Positions 49,345-61,965 of a stretch of 64,000 nucleotides of DNA are shown here, in pieces (position 1 is the stretch's first letter; every line of letters begins with the position of its first letter). The DNA comes from Mobula hypostoma (Eukaryota), in assembly GCF_963921235.1 (NCBI RefSeq), contig NC_086097.1, positions 190,900,001 to 190,964,000 of the forward strand, in the 5' to 3' direction. Below the pieces are notes generated by a model, which made no database searches, was not told the DNA's origin, and saw only the letters and a list, made by a program, of their open reading frames with translations. Made by a program: the position numbers and the translations under genes.

Positions 49345-49997
49345 GAGTTATAGAGAAGTACAGCACAGAAATAGGCTCTTTGGCCCATCTAGTGCATGCA
49401 GAAACTATTTAAACCACCTGCACCTAATGACTTGCACCTGGCCCTAGCCTTCCAATCCCTACTATCAATGTACCTATCTAAGTTTCTCTTAAACATTGAA
49501 ATCAAGCTCACATAGACCATTTTTGCTGGCAGCTCATTCCACACTCTCACCACCCTTTGAGTGAAGATGTTTCCCATTATGTTCTCCTTAAACATTTTAC
49601 CTTTCACCCTTAAGCCAAGAGCTTTGGTTGTAGTCCCATCCAGCCTCAGTAGAAAAAGTCTGCTTGCATTTACCCTACCTATACCATTCATAATTTTGTA
49701 TACACAATGTAGAATCTTTTACATTCTAAAGAATACAGTCCTAACCTAATTAATCTTGCCAGGACTTTCTCCAGACCTGGCAACATCATTGTAAATTTTC
49801 TCTGCACTCTTTCAACCTTATTTACATCATTCTTGTAGGTAAACTCCACATAAACTGTGGAATTGAAGAAAACTCCACACAATACTCCAAATTAAGCCTG
49901 ACCAATGTCCCATCTTCTGTACTTAATACATTGATTTATAAAGATCAATGTGCCTAAAGCTTTCTTTATGACCCTAACTACCTGTGACACCACTTTC

Positions 49998-50628
49998 AGA
50001 ATCAGAATCACATTTATCATCACCAGCATGTGTCATGAAATTTGTTAACTTAGCAGCAGCAGTTAACTGTTGGCATGTGGCCAAGTGGTTAAGGCGTCAG
50101 TCTAGTGATCTGAAGGTCACTAGTTTAAGCTGAGGCAGCATGTTGTGTCCTTGAGCAAGGCACTTAACCACATATTACTCTGCGACGACACCAGTGCCAA
50201 GCTGTATCGGCCCTAGTGCCTTTCCCTTGGACAACATCGGTGGCGTGGAGAGGGGAGACTTGCAGCATGGGCAACTGCCGGTCTTCCATACAACCTGGCC
50301 CAGGCTTCGGTCAACATTGAAATCGATGGACAGCCGAAGAAGAGAGAAGAAGAGATTAAAAAAATGAGGTAGTGTCCAAAGCTTCAATGTCTATTTAGGA
50401 ATCGGATGGCAGAGGGGAAGAAGCTATTCCTGAATCGCTGAGTGTGTGCCTTCAGGCTTCTGTACCTCCTACCTGATGATAATAGTGAGAAAATGCCCTG
50501 GGTGCTGGAGGTCCTTAATGATAGGTGCTGCCTTTCTGAGACAGCGCTCCCTAAAGATGTCCTGGATATATTATAGGCTAGATTTACAACCTTCTGCAGC
50601 TTCTTTTGATCCTGTGCAGTAGCCCAAT
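49998..50628 (-). mobile_element. Rex1-type 3' fragment nested in CR1
   Basis: (ATTCTG)n tail at ~49998-50010; ORF 50384..50656 (QKKLQKVVN...SGRRYRSLKAHTQRFRNSFFPSAIRFLN). Confidence 0.85.
50068..50355 (+). mobile_element. tRNA-derived CORE-type SINE with (GAA)n tail, nested in the Rex1
   Basis: A box gtggccaagtggttaagg; CORE-like gttgtgtccttgagcaaggcacttaacc; gaagaagagagaagaaga tail. Confidence 0.78.
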
Positions 50629-51267
50629 GAAATACAGACCTGTACTCCCAGATCATTTTGTTCTACTACACTCTTCAGATCCCTACCATTCACTGTGTAA
50701 GGCCTACCCTGGCTGGTCCTACCAAAGTGCCAAATGTTGAACTTGTCTGCATTAAATTCCATCTGCCACTTTACAGCCCATTTTTCCAGCTGATGCAGGT
50801 TCCTCTGTAACCTATGACAGCTTCCTCACTGTCCAAACAACACTAATCTTGGTATCATCTGCAAATTTGCTGATCCAGTTAACCACATTATCATCCAGAT
50901 CATTGATATAGATGACAAACAACAAGGGACCCAGCGCCAATCCCTGCGGCACACCAGTCACAGGCCACCAGTTAGAGGGGCAACTCTCTACTACCACTAT
51001 CTAGCTTCTCCCACTGAACCGAAGTCTAAGCTAATTTACTACCTCATCCTGAATGCTGAGCAACTGAACCTTCTTGACCAGCCTCCCATGCGGGACTTCA
51101 TCAAATGCCTTGCCAAAGTCCATGTAGACAACATCCACTGCCTTGTCTTCATCCACTTTCCTGGTAACTTCCTCAAAAAACACTATAAAATTTGTTAGAC
51201 ATGACCTACCTTGCACAAGCCATGCTGACTATCCTTAATCAGTCCATGTCCATCTAATTATTTACAG

Positions 51268-51353
51268 AAACAACAGGAATTCTGCAGATGCTGGAAATTC
51301 AAGCAACACACATAAAAGTTGCTGGTGAACGTTCACCAGCAACTTTTATGTGT
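51268..51353. mobile_element. Tiny Penelope-like insertion ending in a perfect palindrome
   Basis: ctgcagatgctggaaattcaagcaacac unit; palindrome at 51308-51353; flanking 15-bp duplication with 1 mismatch. Confidence 0.75.
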
Positions 51354-52911
51354 AATTACTTACAGAATACATCTGGAGCCTTAGAACTCCTTCCAATATC
51401 TTTTCACTACTGATGTCATACTCACCGGCCTTTAATTTCCCGGTTTCTCTTTAGAGCCTTTTTTTAAACAGCAGAATAACATTGGCTATCCTCCAATCCT
51501 CTGGTACTTCTCCCAGTAATTCAACACACCATAGACTCTCTCTCTCTCCCTAATAAGCGAAAAAGAAATGTCCCTATTTCACAGTGAGAGGTGAGACATA
51601 ACAAACAACCTCTCCATTAACTGTTCTGGCACTCTGGTTCCTGTCCTCCTGCAACTCTAGATTAAACCCCACTGTGCAGGATTAACAAAATTTCCTGCTA
51701 GGATATTAGTCCCCCTCCAGTTCAGGTGCAAACTGTCCCTTCTGTACAAGTCCCACCTTCCCTGGAAGAGAGTCTAATGATCCAAAAATCTTATGCCCTC
51801 CCTCCTACACCAATTTCTCAGCCATGTATTTAACTATTATATATTCCTAGTTTTGGCCTCACTAGCATATGGCAGAGGTTGCAATCTTGAGATCACAACC
51901 CTGAAGGGCCTGCCCTTTAACTTAGCACCAACCTTCCTGAACTCCCTGTCATTGGTACCGACATGGGCAATGATCACTGGCTGTTCACCCTCCCATTTAA
52001 GAATGCTGAGGATTTGATCTGAGATATCCCAGGCCTTTACACCCATAAGGCAGCATACCATCTGGGAATCGTGTTCTCACCCACAGAACCTCCTGTCCAT
52101 TTCCCTAACTAATGAATCCCTTATCACAACAGTGTGCCTCTTGCTCCCCCTCCCCTTCTGAGTCACAGAGCCAGACTCTGTGCAAGAGACCCAACCACTG
52201 TAACATTCCTCTAATAGGTCAACCCTTCCCACAATATCCAAACTGATAAACCTGTTGTGGAAGGGGTTGGGCACAGGGGTACTCTGCAATGACTCCTTCA
52301 CCCCTTTCCCTTTCCTGACTGTCACCCAGTTTCCTGTGTCCTGCATCTTGAGCGTTACTACCTCTCTATATGCCCTATCTATCACCCTCCTGAATTATCC
52401 AGAGTTCATCCATTTCCAACTCCAACTCCTTAACGCAGATTGTTAGAAGCTGCAACTGGATGCATTCTTCATAGTTGTAATCACCAGGGACACTGAAGGT
52501 TTCCCTGCCTTCCCACGTCCTACCTGAGGAGCATTCCATTGTGCTGCCTGGCATATCTACTGTCCTAGCTGAGCAGATATAAAGAAATGAAGGAAAAAAA
52601 AAATACCTAGAGCTTTTCTCTTCTTTGCTTTCGCTGACTGAAGCTTCTCCTCACTGAAGCTTCGAAGAGCTCTAGCCTCAAGATCACCACTCTCACTCTG
52701 ATGATGAACTCTCCAATGATGGCAACATTGCCTGCCCCTGCCTTCCTTTAATTTGCTCTTGTTAAACAATCTCAAATGCGGATTGGTCCCTGGTCAAAGC
52801 TCTTTTACACTGCCATGACCCACTGCTTCATTTTTCTACTCGTGCAGTAGACCTGAGTGAAATCCCCTCTTCTCAAATTTCCAACTAATTACAGGTAACT
52901 CAAAGCTCTAA

Positions 52912-53510
52912 AAAAGGCAAATACAATGTTAACATTAATTTCAAGAGGACTAGAATATAAGAGTAAGGATGCAATGCTGAGACATTGGTCAAACCACACT
53001 TGGAGTATTGTGAGCAGTATTTGGCCCCTTACTTAAGAAAGAATGTGTTGGCATTGGGGAGTTTCCAGAGGAGATTCATAAGAATGATTCCAGGAGTGAA
53101 AGGGTTAAGTCATGAGAAGCAGTTGATGGTTCTGGGCTTGTACTTACTGGAGTTTAGAAGAATGAGGGGGGAGTTCTTATTGAAACATTAAATATTGAAA
53201 GACCTAGATAGAGTGGATGTGGAGAGAATGTCTCCTCTTGTGGGGGAGTCTAGGACCAGAGAGCACAGCCTCAGAATAGAGGGGTATCCATTTAGAAGAG
53301 AGATGAGGAGGACTTTCTTTAGCTTGAGGGTGGAATTCATTACCAAATTCATCTGGGGAAGCTAAGTCATTGAGTATATTTAAAGCAGAGGTTGGTAGTT
53401 TCTTTATTAGTCATGATGTTAAAGGTTATGTGGAGAAGGCAGGAGGACGGGGTTGGGAGGGATAGTCAATCCGCCATGATGGAATGGCAGAGCAGATTTG
53501 ATGGGTATAC
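52912..53510 (+). mobile_element. CR1 3' fragment
   Basis: ORF 52985..53191 (VKPHLEYCEQYLAPYLRKNVLALGSFQRRFIRMIPG). Confidence 0.88.
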
Positions 53511-53671
53511 AGAAAACACTTCCATGTCAGATAATTCATAGGGCACAACATCATATATATTTGAAATTCCTGACAATATCACACGAAACTTAACTACACA
53601 ACCACAGAAATACACAACTTTACCAATTTGATCATGATTATTTTGTGCTTACCATGAGATCCCTCAGATAG

Positions 53672-54445
53672 TTGAATGGGTCTCAGTGACAACCTTGCAC
53701 TCAGCCTCAGTAAGACCAACGAATTGATTGTGGACTTCAGAAAGGGTAAGACAAGGGCACCCACAACACACCTGATTGTGGGATCAGTAGTGGATAGAGT
53801 GAGCAATTTCAGGTTCCTGGGTGTCAACATCTCTGAGGATCTATCCTGGGATCAACATATTGATGCAGTTAGAAAGCAGCGGCTATATTTCATTATGGGT
53901 TTGGGGACTTTTGGTACGTTACCAAAGACACTTGCATATTTCTATAGATGTACCATGGCGAGCATTCTAACTGCCTGCATCACCATGTGGTATGGGTGTG
54001 GGGGGGGGGGGGTCACTGCACAGGGTTGAAATGAGTTGCAGAAAGTTGTAAACTCAGTCAGCATTAGCCTTCACAGCATGCACAATATCAAGGAGCAATG
54101 TCTCAAATAGGCAGTATCCATTATTAACGATCCCCATCACCCAGGGCATGTCCTCTTCTCATTGCTACCATCAGGGAGGAGGTAGAAGAGTCTATAGGCA
54201 CACACTCAATGATTCATGAATAGCCTTTTCCTCTGCCAGCAGATTTCTGAATGGACAATGAACACATGAACACTATTTCTTTTTTCTCTTTTTGTACTAT
54301 TTATTTAATTTACCTTTTTTATATATGATATATACCTTCTACTTTAATTTAGTTTTTTATTATTATGTATTACAATGTACTGCTGCTGCATAACAACAAA
54401 TTTCATGACATATGCCAGTGATATTAAACCTGATTCTGATTCTAA
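53672..54445 (+). mobile_element. Rex1-type LINE 3' part with (ATTCTG)n tail
   Basis: ORF 53676..54029 (NLALSLSKTNELIVDFRK...FRFLGVNISEDLSW...FYRCTMASILTACITMWYG). Confidence 0.9.
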
Positions 54446-55084
54446 TTCGAACTCATCTAATCCTGTTACTTCATTCACCCTCACATATTATATGCTTCCA
54501 TTATGCATGTCATTTTGAATATTTCACACATCAAGTTAGCAGTTTCAGTAGCGTGTCTTTAGAAAAATCATATACTTGGACAGAAGTGAAGTTAAAAAGT
54601 CATGCACTAAATCTTGTCTGTGCTCACTGTGTAGTGTCAATACAATCCACGGACCACCACGATCTTCAATTTTATTTGTTTCATTTCATCATTGCATCAG
54701 TGTTCCCATTGATAAATGTAAAGAAATATTGAAAAGTCATGCAGGATAGCTATAGTTAATCAAGCGTTTCTAAAACAACTACAATATAACAATAATTCTC
54801 CCTCCGCCCTCTAAATAATCATGCCATAGTATTATACATCGATAAAACCGAGAAACAGAATGGAATACCCATTATTCCAATGTAATTTTCACCAACTGGC
54901 TTGTAGCCTTGTTTTAGCTTTTCTGGAAATTTCATTGATACACTGTGGCAGGGCAGAAGTATTAAACAAGTGTCTGTATTTATTAAGGAAGAAGCTGGTG
55001 GTGAAGTTACGTTAAAAGAAACATCAGTTCTGATTACAGGTAACAACTGAGAATCTAGAAGGTCTGAGGTACCTAAAGAAGTTA

Positions 55085-55870
55085 CAAGTTCCATCAGAGA
55101 TTCCTGAGAGATGTAGGGATGGGGAATTTACAAGGTGTTAGTCACATTCTCACAAACCACCTGAAACTAGAAGATACTTTCAGAAGATTGGAGAACTGTA
55201 AACATTTCACTATTTGCTGAAAGAGTATAAGGGTAAGTCTGTCAAACATGGTTAATTTAATCACAGTGCTCATAACAATAATAAGAAAAAGAAGGAATAG
55301 GTTATTGGATTAATGCAGATTAATTAAAGAGAGCCAAGATGAATTTGTTAAGAAGGTAGTTACTTTATATCCTATTTTCTATTAATATGTTTAATATTAC
55401 CTGCCAGAGAAGTAATTTCAAGACAGCATAATACAGTACCACGTAATCAAAAAGTAATAAACTTGAGAACTTGGTGTTATTTTCCTTAGAAAAGGGCACA
55501 GAGAGAGAGGCCATTTGATAAAGGCATTTAAAGCCATGAAACATCCAAACATAATGAGTAAAGAAAACTCAATTCCATTGGTAAAAGAATCAGAGCCCAT
55601 AAACTTAAGGCAGTAGGACCAAAGGTGATATGAAAAATAGTTTTTCATGCAGTAATCGTAATTTCTAATTTATTGTCTGAATGGCTGGTAAAATCAAATT
55701 CCACAATAGTTTATAGAAAGGAATCAGAGAAGTGCTTGAATGAAAAGACATTCAAGGACTGTTGCAATGATCCAGCAAATAGGATTAACTGGATTTCTCT
55801 TAGGAAAAGCTGGCACAGGTTTGAAGAAGCAAATACCTTCATTCTGTGCTGAAGTGGTACTATGATTGCG
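55085..55870 (+). mobile_element. Old decayed CR1 fragments
   Basis: gaagattggagaactgtaaacatttcactattt (EDWRTVNISL-like) and a decayed 3'-end layout. Confidence 0.5.
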
Positions 55871-58049
55871 CGACAACATGTTTCTAGTTCACTGTAACTT
55901 TCACACACAGATTAGTTTCTTCAGCTTGGATGCATCAATTAGATTCCCTCAACATTCATTCTTTTCTAAAATAAAAATATAGGTTTTTGAAAGTTTGTTC
56001 TTCAGGTAGAAGGAATGTTGATTATTGAATGTACTCATTTTAATTTTACTGAAGTGTTTTTGAACCCATTGAACTCTTCATTTTATAACCTATATCAGGA
56101 ATTATGCTTCATCTGATACCAAATTATTGAACTCCACCTCATAAAAATAAAAACCCATGAATGACATGTTTCACTTCAAGTTACTCATGCCAGTTAAAAT
56201 AGAAGACTTGTGATTTCAGTTTAATTTTTAGATGTTTGTAGAAATATAATCAAACATATATGATAAAACAAACTGCTCATTAGCTATTGTGATATATTCA
56301 GAATCAGTGCTCTTTTTTTTCTCATCAACTGTCAAGCAGCAGAAGATACTGGATATGAGAGTCACAACCACCTTGTTTAATGGACAACCCAATTCAAATA
56401 TACAAAATGCCTTAGAGATCACTGCAGCTGCAACTTGCCTGCTTCACAGCAATTTTACTGCAGTGATTTGTCTCAGATATTCCCTTGAGGAAAAATACAT
56501 TATCTTGGATTGAAACTCTGTATGACTACTTCTTAATGTTGTTTGGGAGGTATGAGTACTTAATATTGTTTTGGGAGCTAGTAAATTGAAAGATCTAGTA
56601 GAAATGCACCAGAGTTGTACACAAATATCCCAGGCATCACAATATCACATTGCAAGAGACACATCCTTCAGATTAGGTATTAAATCTGAGGATTTGTCTG
56701 TTAGTCCTTGCAGATTACAAAAACTCTATGACATTGTTTTTTTGCTTGTAGTGCATGTACTATTGCCCTGTTTCTCAGTTCTTAGTATAACTGATGTATG
56801 TCATTCAGCTTTCCTGTTGCTAGTGATGAAGCTTTTGACTATTCCAGTCATTGTTAGGTTAGATAATATATCATTCACTTTCAAGGTTCCATGTTTTCAA
56901 TTTGATTTGTTCATATTCCAACTTCTCCTGTAGTATTCTCTTATTCCACTTGTCTTCCTCTCACCTTTAGAGGTCATTAGGTTAATTTACATTTTCAGTT
57001 CTTAGATGTGAACTAACTTTGCTGATAACCAATGAGTTCAAGGTGAAAATTGCCCCTGTAGTATCTGTTACTTTTGCTTTCATTTTATTATCATTGCTAC
57101 CATGTTCTTCTAAAAAGATTCCCTTTATAGTTTTCTGGTTACATCCTTAATATCCATGTGCAGTAGGCACTGTTGAAGCATCCTTACTCACCTTCTAAAA
57201 GTGAACACTATTTAGGAAGAGAGTGATACCTGATTTTGTTTAATCTTTCACTGAGGCATTAAAGTAATGTGAAAAGAGGTGGCTTAACAATTTTGTACCA
57301 GCAGAATAAAAATGAATGAGATAAATAATAACATATATGATTTTTAAAAATCTTATAAAAGTCTTTAAAAATCTGGATATAATGTTCTCAGCTTACTAAA
57401 AATCTGAGAACATTGTATCCAGGATTAGACTTCCTACCCTGACTTCCGAGACACTGAATTTCCTTGCTGTTCCTGATGTTTGAGGGAGTGAAGGTATGTT
57501 TTAGAAGCCTTGCCATGGATAAAACTTCATGATTTTTTAAGAAGCTCCCTGGAGTTTCTTTGCTAAACTGGACTTGCTTTATGAATCTCTGGTGATCCAC
57601 AATATTTTTTTTAAAATTTTCATGTGGCTAGGCAGAAACACAGTAAGTAACAAGTAGGTGCAACAAATAATTAAGAGAGTAAAGGGATGTTAGAGTTTAT
57701 TGTGAGGGGAATAGGTTACCAGGGTATTAATGAAGCCACATCTGAATCATGTGGTAGAATTCTTGTATCATTAATTCTCAACAGACATATTTGCAATGGA
57801 AGGCATCAGAAAAGGTTCTGCATTGATGATGCTATTTTATGAAAAAATAATTGGCTATGTTCAGCCAATGGGGCTTAGAAAAATTAGAGGTTATTTCATT
57901 GAAACATGGAATACTTCATGGGCATAGATGCTGAGAGAACATTTCACTTTATTGGAAAGAAAGATTAATGCCAGGAATCAAATTGGGGAATCTAAAGGGA
58001 AGCAGAGCTTCTGACACTGTGGTTATCTATTTAATGTGAGGGAGCTTAA

Positions 58050-58650
58050 TGTGGAGACGAGAATATAAAAGCAAGTATGTAATGTTGAGGCATTATAAAG
58101 CACTGGTGAGGCCTCACTTGGAATATTGTGAGCAGTTTTGGGCCCCTTATCTAAGAAAGAATGCGTTGACATTAGAGAGGGTTCAAAGGAGGCTCACGAG
58201 AATGAGTTCAGGAGGGAAAGGCTTGTCATATGAGAAGGGTTGATGCTTCCAGGCCTGTATTCACTCAGAAGAATGAGGGGTGACCTCTTTGAAAAGAAAG
58301 ACTTTGATAGAGTGGACGTGGAGAGGTTGTTTCTTATGGTGGGGGGGGGTGTCTATGACCAAAGGATACAGCCTCAGAATAGAGGGACGTCCATTTAGAA
58401 CAGAAATGAGGAGGAATTTCTTAAGCCAGAGAGTGCTGAATCTGTGGAATTCGTTGCCACAGGCGGCTGTGGAGGCCAAGTCATTGGGTATATTTAAGGC
58501 AGATGTTGATTAGTCAGCACATGAAGGGATAAGAGGAGCAGGCAGGCGACTGGGGCTGAGAGGAAAAATGGATCAGCCATGATGATATGATGGAGCAGAC
58601 TCAATGGACCAAGTGGCCTAATTCTGCTCCTATATCTTATGGTCTTATGG
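58050..58650 (+). mobile_element. CR1 3' fragment
   Basis: ORFs 58049..58243 and 58280..58513 (YKALVRPHLEYCEQFWAP; FLSQRVLNLWNSLPQ); tail tcttatggtcttatgg. Confidence 0.9.
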
Positions 58651-58927
58651 AAACAATTCTTTCAAAGAGTGGGAATCTTTGGAAATCTCTATCCCATAGA
58701 TCTATGGATGCTCAGTCATAGGATGTATTCAAGATCTAGGTATACAGAGGTTTGGACAAAGGAGAGCAGGCAGGAATGTGGTTGCTGTGAGTTGGAGTTG
58801 TCTTATAGGGGAAATGTATAAAGTCCATAATTAGACTACCTACACCTAGTAAATTAGAATAGACTATAACATGAGGAGAAAGTGTTTGTGAGAAAGGGAA
58901 TAGGGAGACAGAACATTATAAGGAGTA

Positions 58928-59158
58928 ATAGAAACATAGAAAATAGGTGCAGGAGTAGGCCATTCGGCCCTTCGAGCCTGCACCGCCATTCAGTATGATC
59001 ATGGCTGATCATCCAACTCAGAACCCTGTACCTGCCTTCTCTCCATACCCCCTGATCCCTTTAGCCACAAGGGCCATATCTAACTCCCTCTTAAATATAG
59101 CCAGTGAACTGGCCTCAACTGTTTCCTGTGGCAGAGAATTCCACAGATTCACCACTCT
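58928..59158 (-). mobile_element. Relatively young CR1 3' end
   Basis: atagaaacatagaaaataggtgcaggagtaggccattcggcccttcgagcctgcaccgcc with CpGs intact. Confidence 0.88.
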
Positions 59159-60187
59159 GATTTGGCTGATTTAGACATTTTAGGCATAATCACCTACTTT
59201 GAATGCTCCTGTAAGTTCATTTCCAGAACTTATCTCCACAGATAGTTCCTTATGGATGTCTCTTCCTGGTGGGCCATTTAGTTGTTCACAGCAAGACAAA
59301 ATCAACTTTTCTCCACCTTATGCAACAATAGTCCTAGTGCAAATTTAACGACCCACAAAGAGTACTCCCTTCCATATTGTGTCATTCTCTACCATCTTGC
59401 TGTTCTGAGCACACTGCTATGTTCATACTGGCACTTCTTGTGGCCAAAACATATCTTCCCTATAAAATCTGGAGGCCAGCTTTAATCAGTGTAGAATAGC
59501 GTCAATTGGCGGGAGCCGCTCGTTAAATGGGGTTCCTGCTGAGGCGATAAACCAACCAACAGCACAGTTACTGCTGGCTGCATGCAACAATTATGTAAAT
59601 TAGCAGGTGGCTGAAAGCTGTTGTGCTGTTTGCATCAGAAGCAAGGGGTATTTGTTAATCATGTATTGGAACATTTATGACCATTTCTGTGTGCTATCCA
59701 ATTTAGCACCCACATTTTACACTAATTGACATTGTCAATCGGTGAAGCTATTTTTCCAAAATAAACTTTGTAAAGACTTGTCAAAATTCTGAATTTCCAG
59801 GCTTAAAAATTAATTAATTTTTCACAGATAGATTTTTTTCAATTTGATACTTCAATTTCCCATGAAGAACTTCTTTTCAAAGCGTATCTGTTGTATAATA
59901 AATTATTTGAGTTCTTTTCATGATAAGAAATTCAAAGTATATTATTAATAATTTCCCATCTCTCTTCTTTCAAGGAAAAATATAATATAAGTGATGTATT
60001 TTTCTTCAGTATAAAATTTGAAGAATGAGCAACTTATCTGAAAGCATATGACTCTATAAAGGCTACACTTTTAATCACCTGTGGTTACTCTTTCTTATAA
60101 GGCATTTAGACTCAAAAATTCACTCGCCAGTGAAAACATACACTGCAGACAGAACTTGCTTCAGAGCTAGTAACCTGTGATATTTAT

Positions 60188-60434
60188 GTCATAGTCATAG
60201 TTATACTTTATTGATTCCGGGGAAATTGGTTTTTGTTACAGTTGCACCATAAATATTTAAATAGTAATAAAAGCATAAATAATTAAATAGTAATATGTAA
60301 ATTATGCCTGGAAATAAGCCCAGGACCAGCCTATTGGCTCAGGGTGTCTGACCCTCCAACGGAGGAGTTGTAAAGTTTGATGGCCACAGGCAGGAATGAC
60401 TTCCTATGACGCTCTGTGTTGCGTCTCGGTGGAA
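60188..60434 (-). mobile_element. Rex1-related 3' end (same family as 42398-42767)
   Basis: Reverse complement matches 42525-42767, including the (TATGAC)n tail. Confidence 0.85.
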
Positions 60435-60649
60435 TTATGCATTTGTTTTATAAGGAGGGATAAATCACAGGCCTAGAAACTGAACTTCATTGTTAGTGCT
60501 CTAAACAGGTGCTACATGTGGAGTTAAAACTCAGTTGGTTAACCTGCAAACTGTCATAGAATTGGTCAAAATATATTACAAACTGATATTTTACCAGTAT
60601 AATGTAACAATATGGAACCTAATGTGAAATCTAATACACTTGGATTAGG

Positions 60650-61294
60650 AGGGAGGAGAAGATGGCGGCATGACACAGCGCATGTGGCCGTTCCAAATGA
60701 TATCGTATCTGTGAAGTAGGATGCCATGCATAATCCTGATTTGATGGAGACAGATGTGAGAAGCACAGAGGAACACCTGGAGAAACTTCTGAAATGCCTG
60801 CTTCGCTGCTGCTGCTACTGTGCGATCGAGAATCTCCGGAGGGAAGGCCCCAAATCCTCGGCCTTGCCTATCGCCTGTTTCTGGGACCGGGGTCGAAGCG
60901 CTCAGCAGAGGTGCTGTTCAGTGCATTGGTGTCGGAGAGTTAGTCGGAGGCTTGGAGTTTTTGGATGGACTCGGAGTCGGACTGTGGTCGGATGTTTCTG
61001 GGATGTTGCATCGGCAAGTTTGCGGCGCTGGAGGTTTACCGTCTGCGTGAGATGATGAGACTTTCGAGAGACTTTGAGACTTTACCGTACCCATGGTCTG
61101 TTCTTATCAAATTACGGTATTGCTTTGCACTGTTGTAACTATATGTTATAATTATGTGGTTTTTGTCAGTTTTTCAGTCTTGGTTTGTCATGTGTTTTCT
61201 GTGATATCATTCTGGAAAAACATTGTATCATTTCTTAACACATGCATTACTAAATGACAATAAAAGAGGACTGCAAGTCCTCATAATCTAATCT
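60650..61294 (+). mobile_element. Non-coding, non-autonomous LINE-derived (SINE-like) element
   Basis: Starts gagaagatggcggc, has a CpG-rich body and an AT-rich 3' UTR, then AATAAA, a hairpin gaggact-gca-agtcctc (61266-61282) and a (TAATC)n tail. Confidence 0.65.
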
Positions 61295-61569
61295 GGAGAC
61301 GAGCATTTTTGTATATCAATCTGAGAAGTCTGTCAGTCCTTACAGACATATTCCCTTTGATAGCCAGACAAGAGTACACCACTGTGACTGCCATTAATAG
61401 AGATAAACTGTATGAGTGAAGGAAAAAGTTACATAATTCATATTTCAGAACATCAAAAACATTGTTCCTTAGAAAGAGGACAGGAGTGAGGCCCTGTACA
61501 CTGTTAGGGCCAAAAGACCAGCTGAGGGCCATCAGTAGAATCACAAAGATTAGAGATTTGATCAGAGAT

Positions 61570-61965
61570 TAAGGGAGCTAGGGCTTTACTCTTTGGAGAG
61601 AAGGAGGATGAGAGGAGACATGATAGAGTTGTACAAGATAATAAGAGGAATAGATAAAGTGGATAGCCAGCCCCTCTTCCCCAGGGCACCACTGCTCAAT
61701 ACAAGAGGACATGGCTTTAAGGTAAGGGGTGGGAAGTTCAAGGGGGATATTAGAGGAAGGTTTTTTACTCAGAGTGGTTGGTGCGTGGAATGCACTGCCT
61801 GAGTCAGTGGTGGAGGCAGATACACTAGTGAAGTTTAAGAGACTACTAGACAGGAATTTAAAGTGGGGGTTTATATGGGAGGCAGGGTTTAAGGATCGGC
61901 ACAACATTGTGGGCCGAAGGGCCTGTACTGTGCTGTACTATTCTATGTTCTATATTCTATGTTCT
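61570..61965 (+). mobile_element. CR1 3' end
   Basis: ORF 61593..61802 (ERRRMRGDMIELYKIIRGIDKVD...TRGHGFKV); tail ttctatgttctatattctatgttct. Confidence 0.92.

Larger units (their letters stand above)
49345..52880 (-). mobile_element. CR1 LINE with 5' UTR, esterase ORF1, internal deletion, RT and 3' end; hosts nested inserts
   Basis: ORF1: VVIRDSLVR...RFCG, MVCCL, IIAHVGTND (ORFs 52077..52385, 51837..52061). RT: GRSCLTNFIVFFEEVT...YMDFGKAFDEVPHGRL, GVPQGLALGPLLFVIYINDLD...SKFADDTKI. 3' end at 49345. Confidence 0.9.

Noticed and set aside
49840..49880. Small insertion in a CR1 at the same consensus position as the 8058 insert, sharing tgtggaattg
   Set aside because: Only 10 bp are shared, and it is explained by a local duplication/fold-back of aaactccaca; too little to link the two events.
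50068..50140. tRNA gene
   Set aside because: A SINE head with a damaged B box, no complete cloverleaf, followed by CORE-like body and tail. The same reasoning applies to 37650-37720 and 5631-5717.
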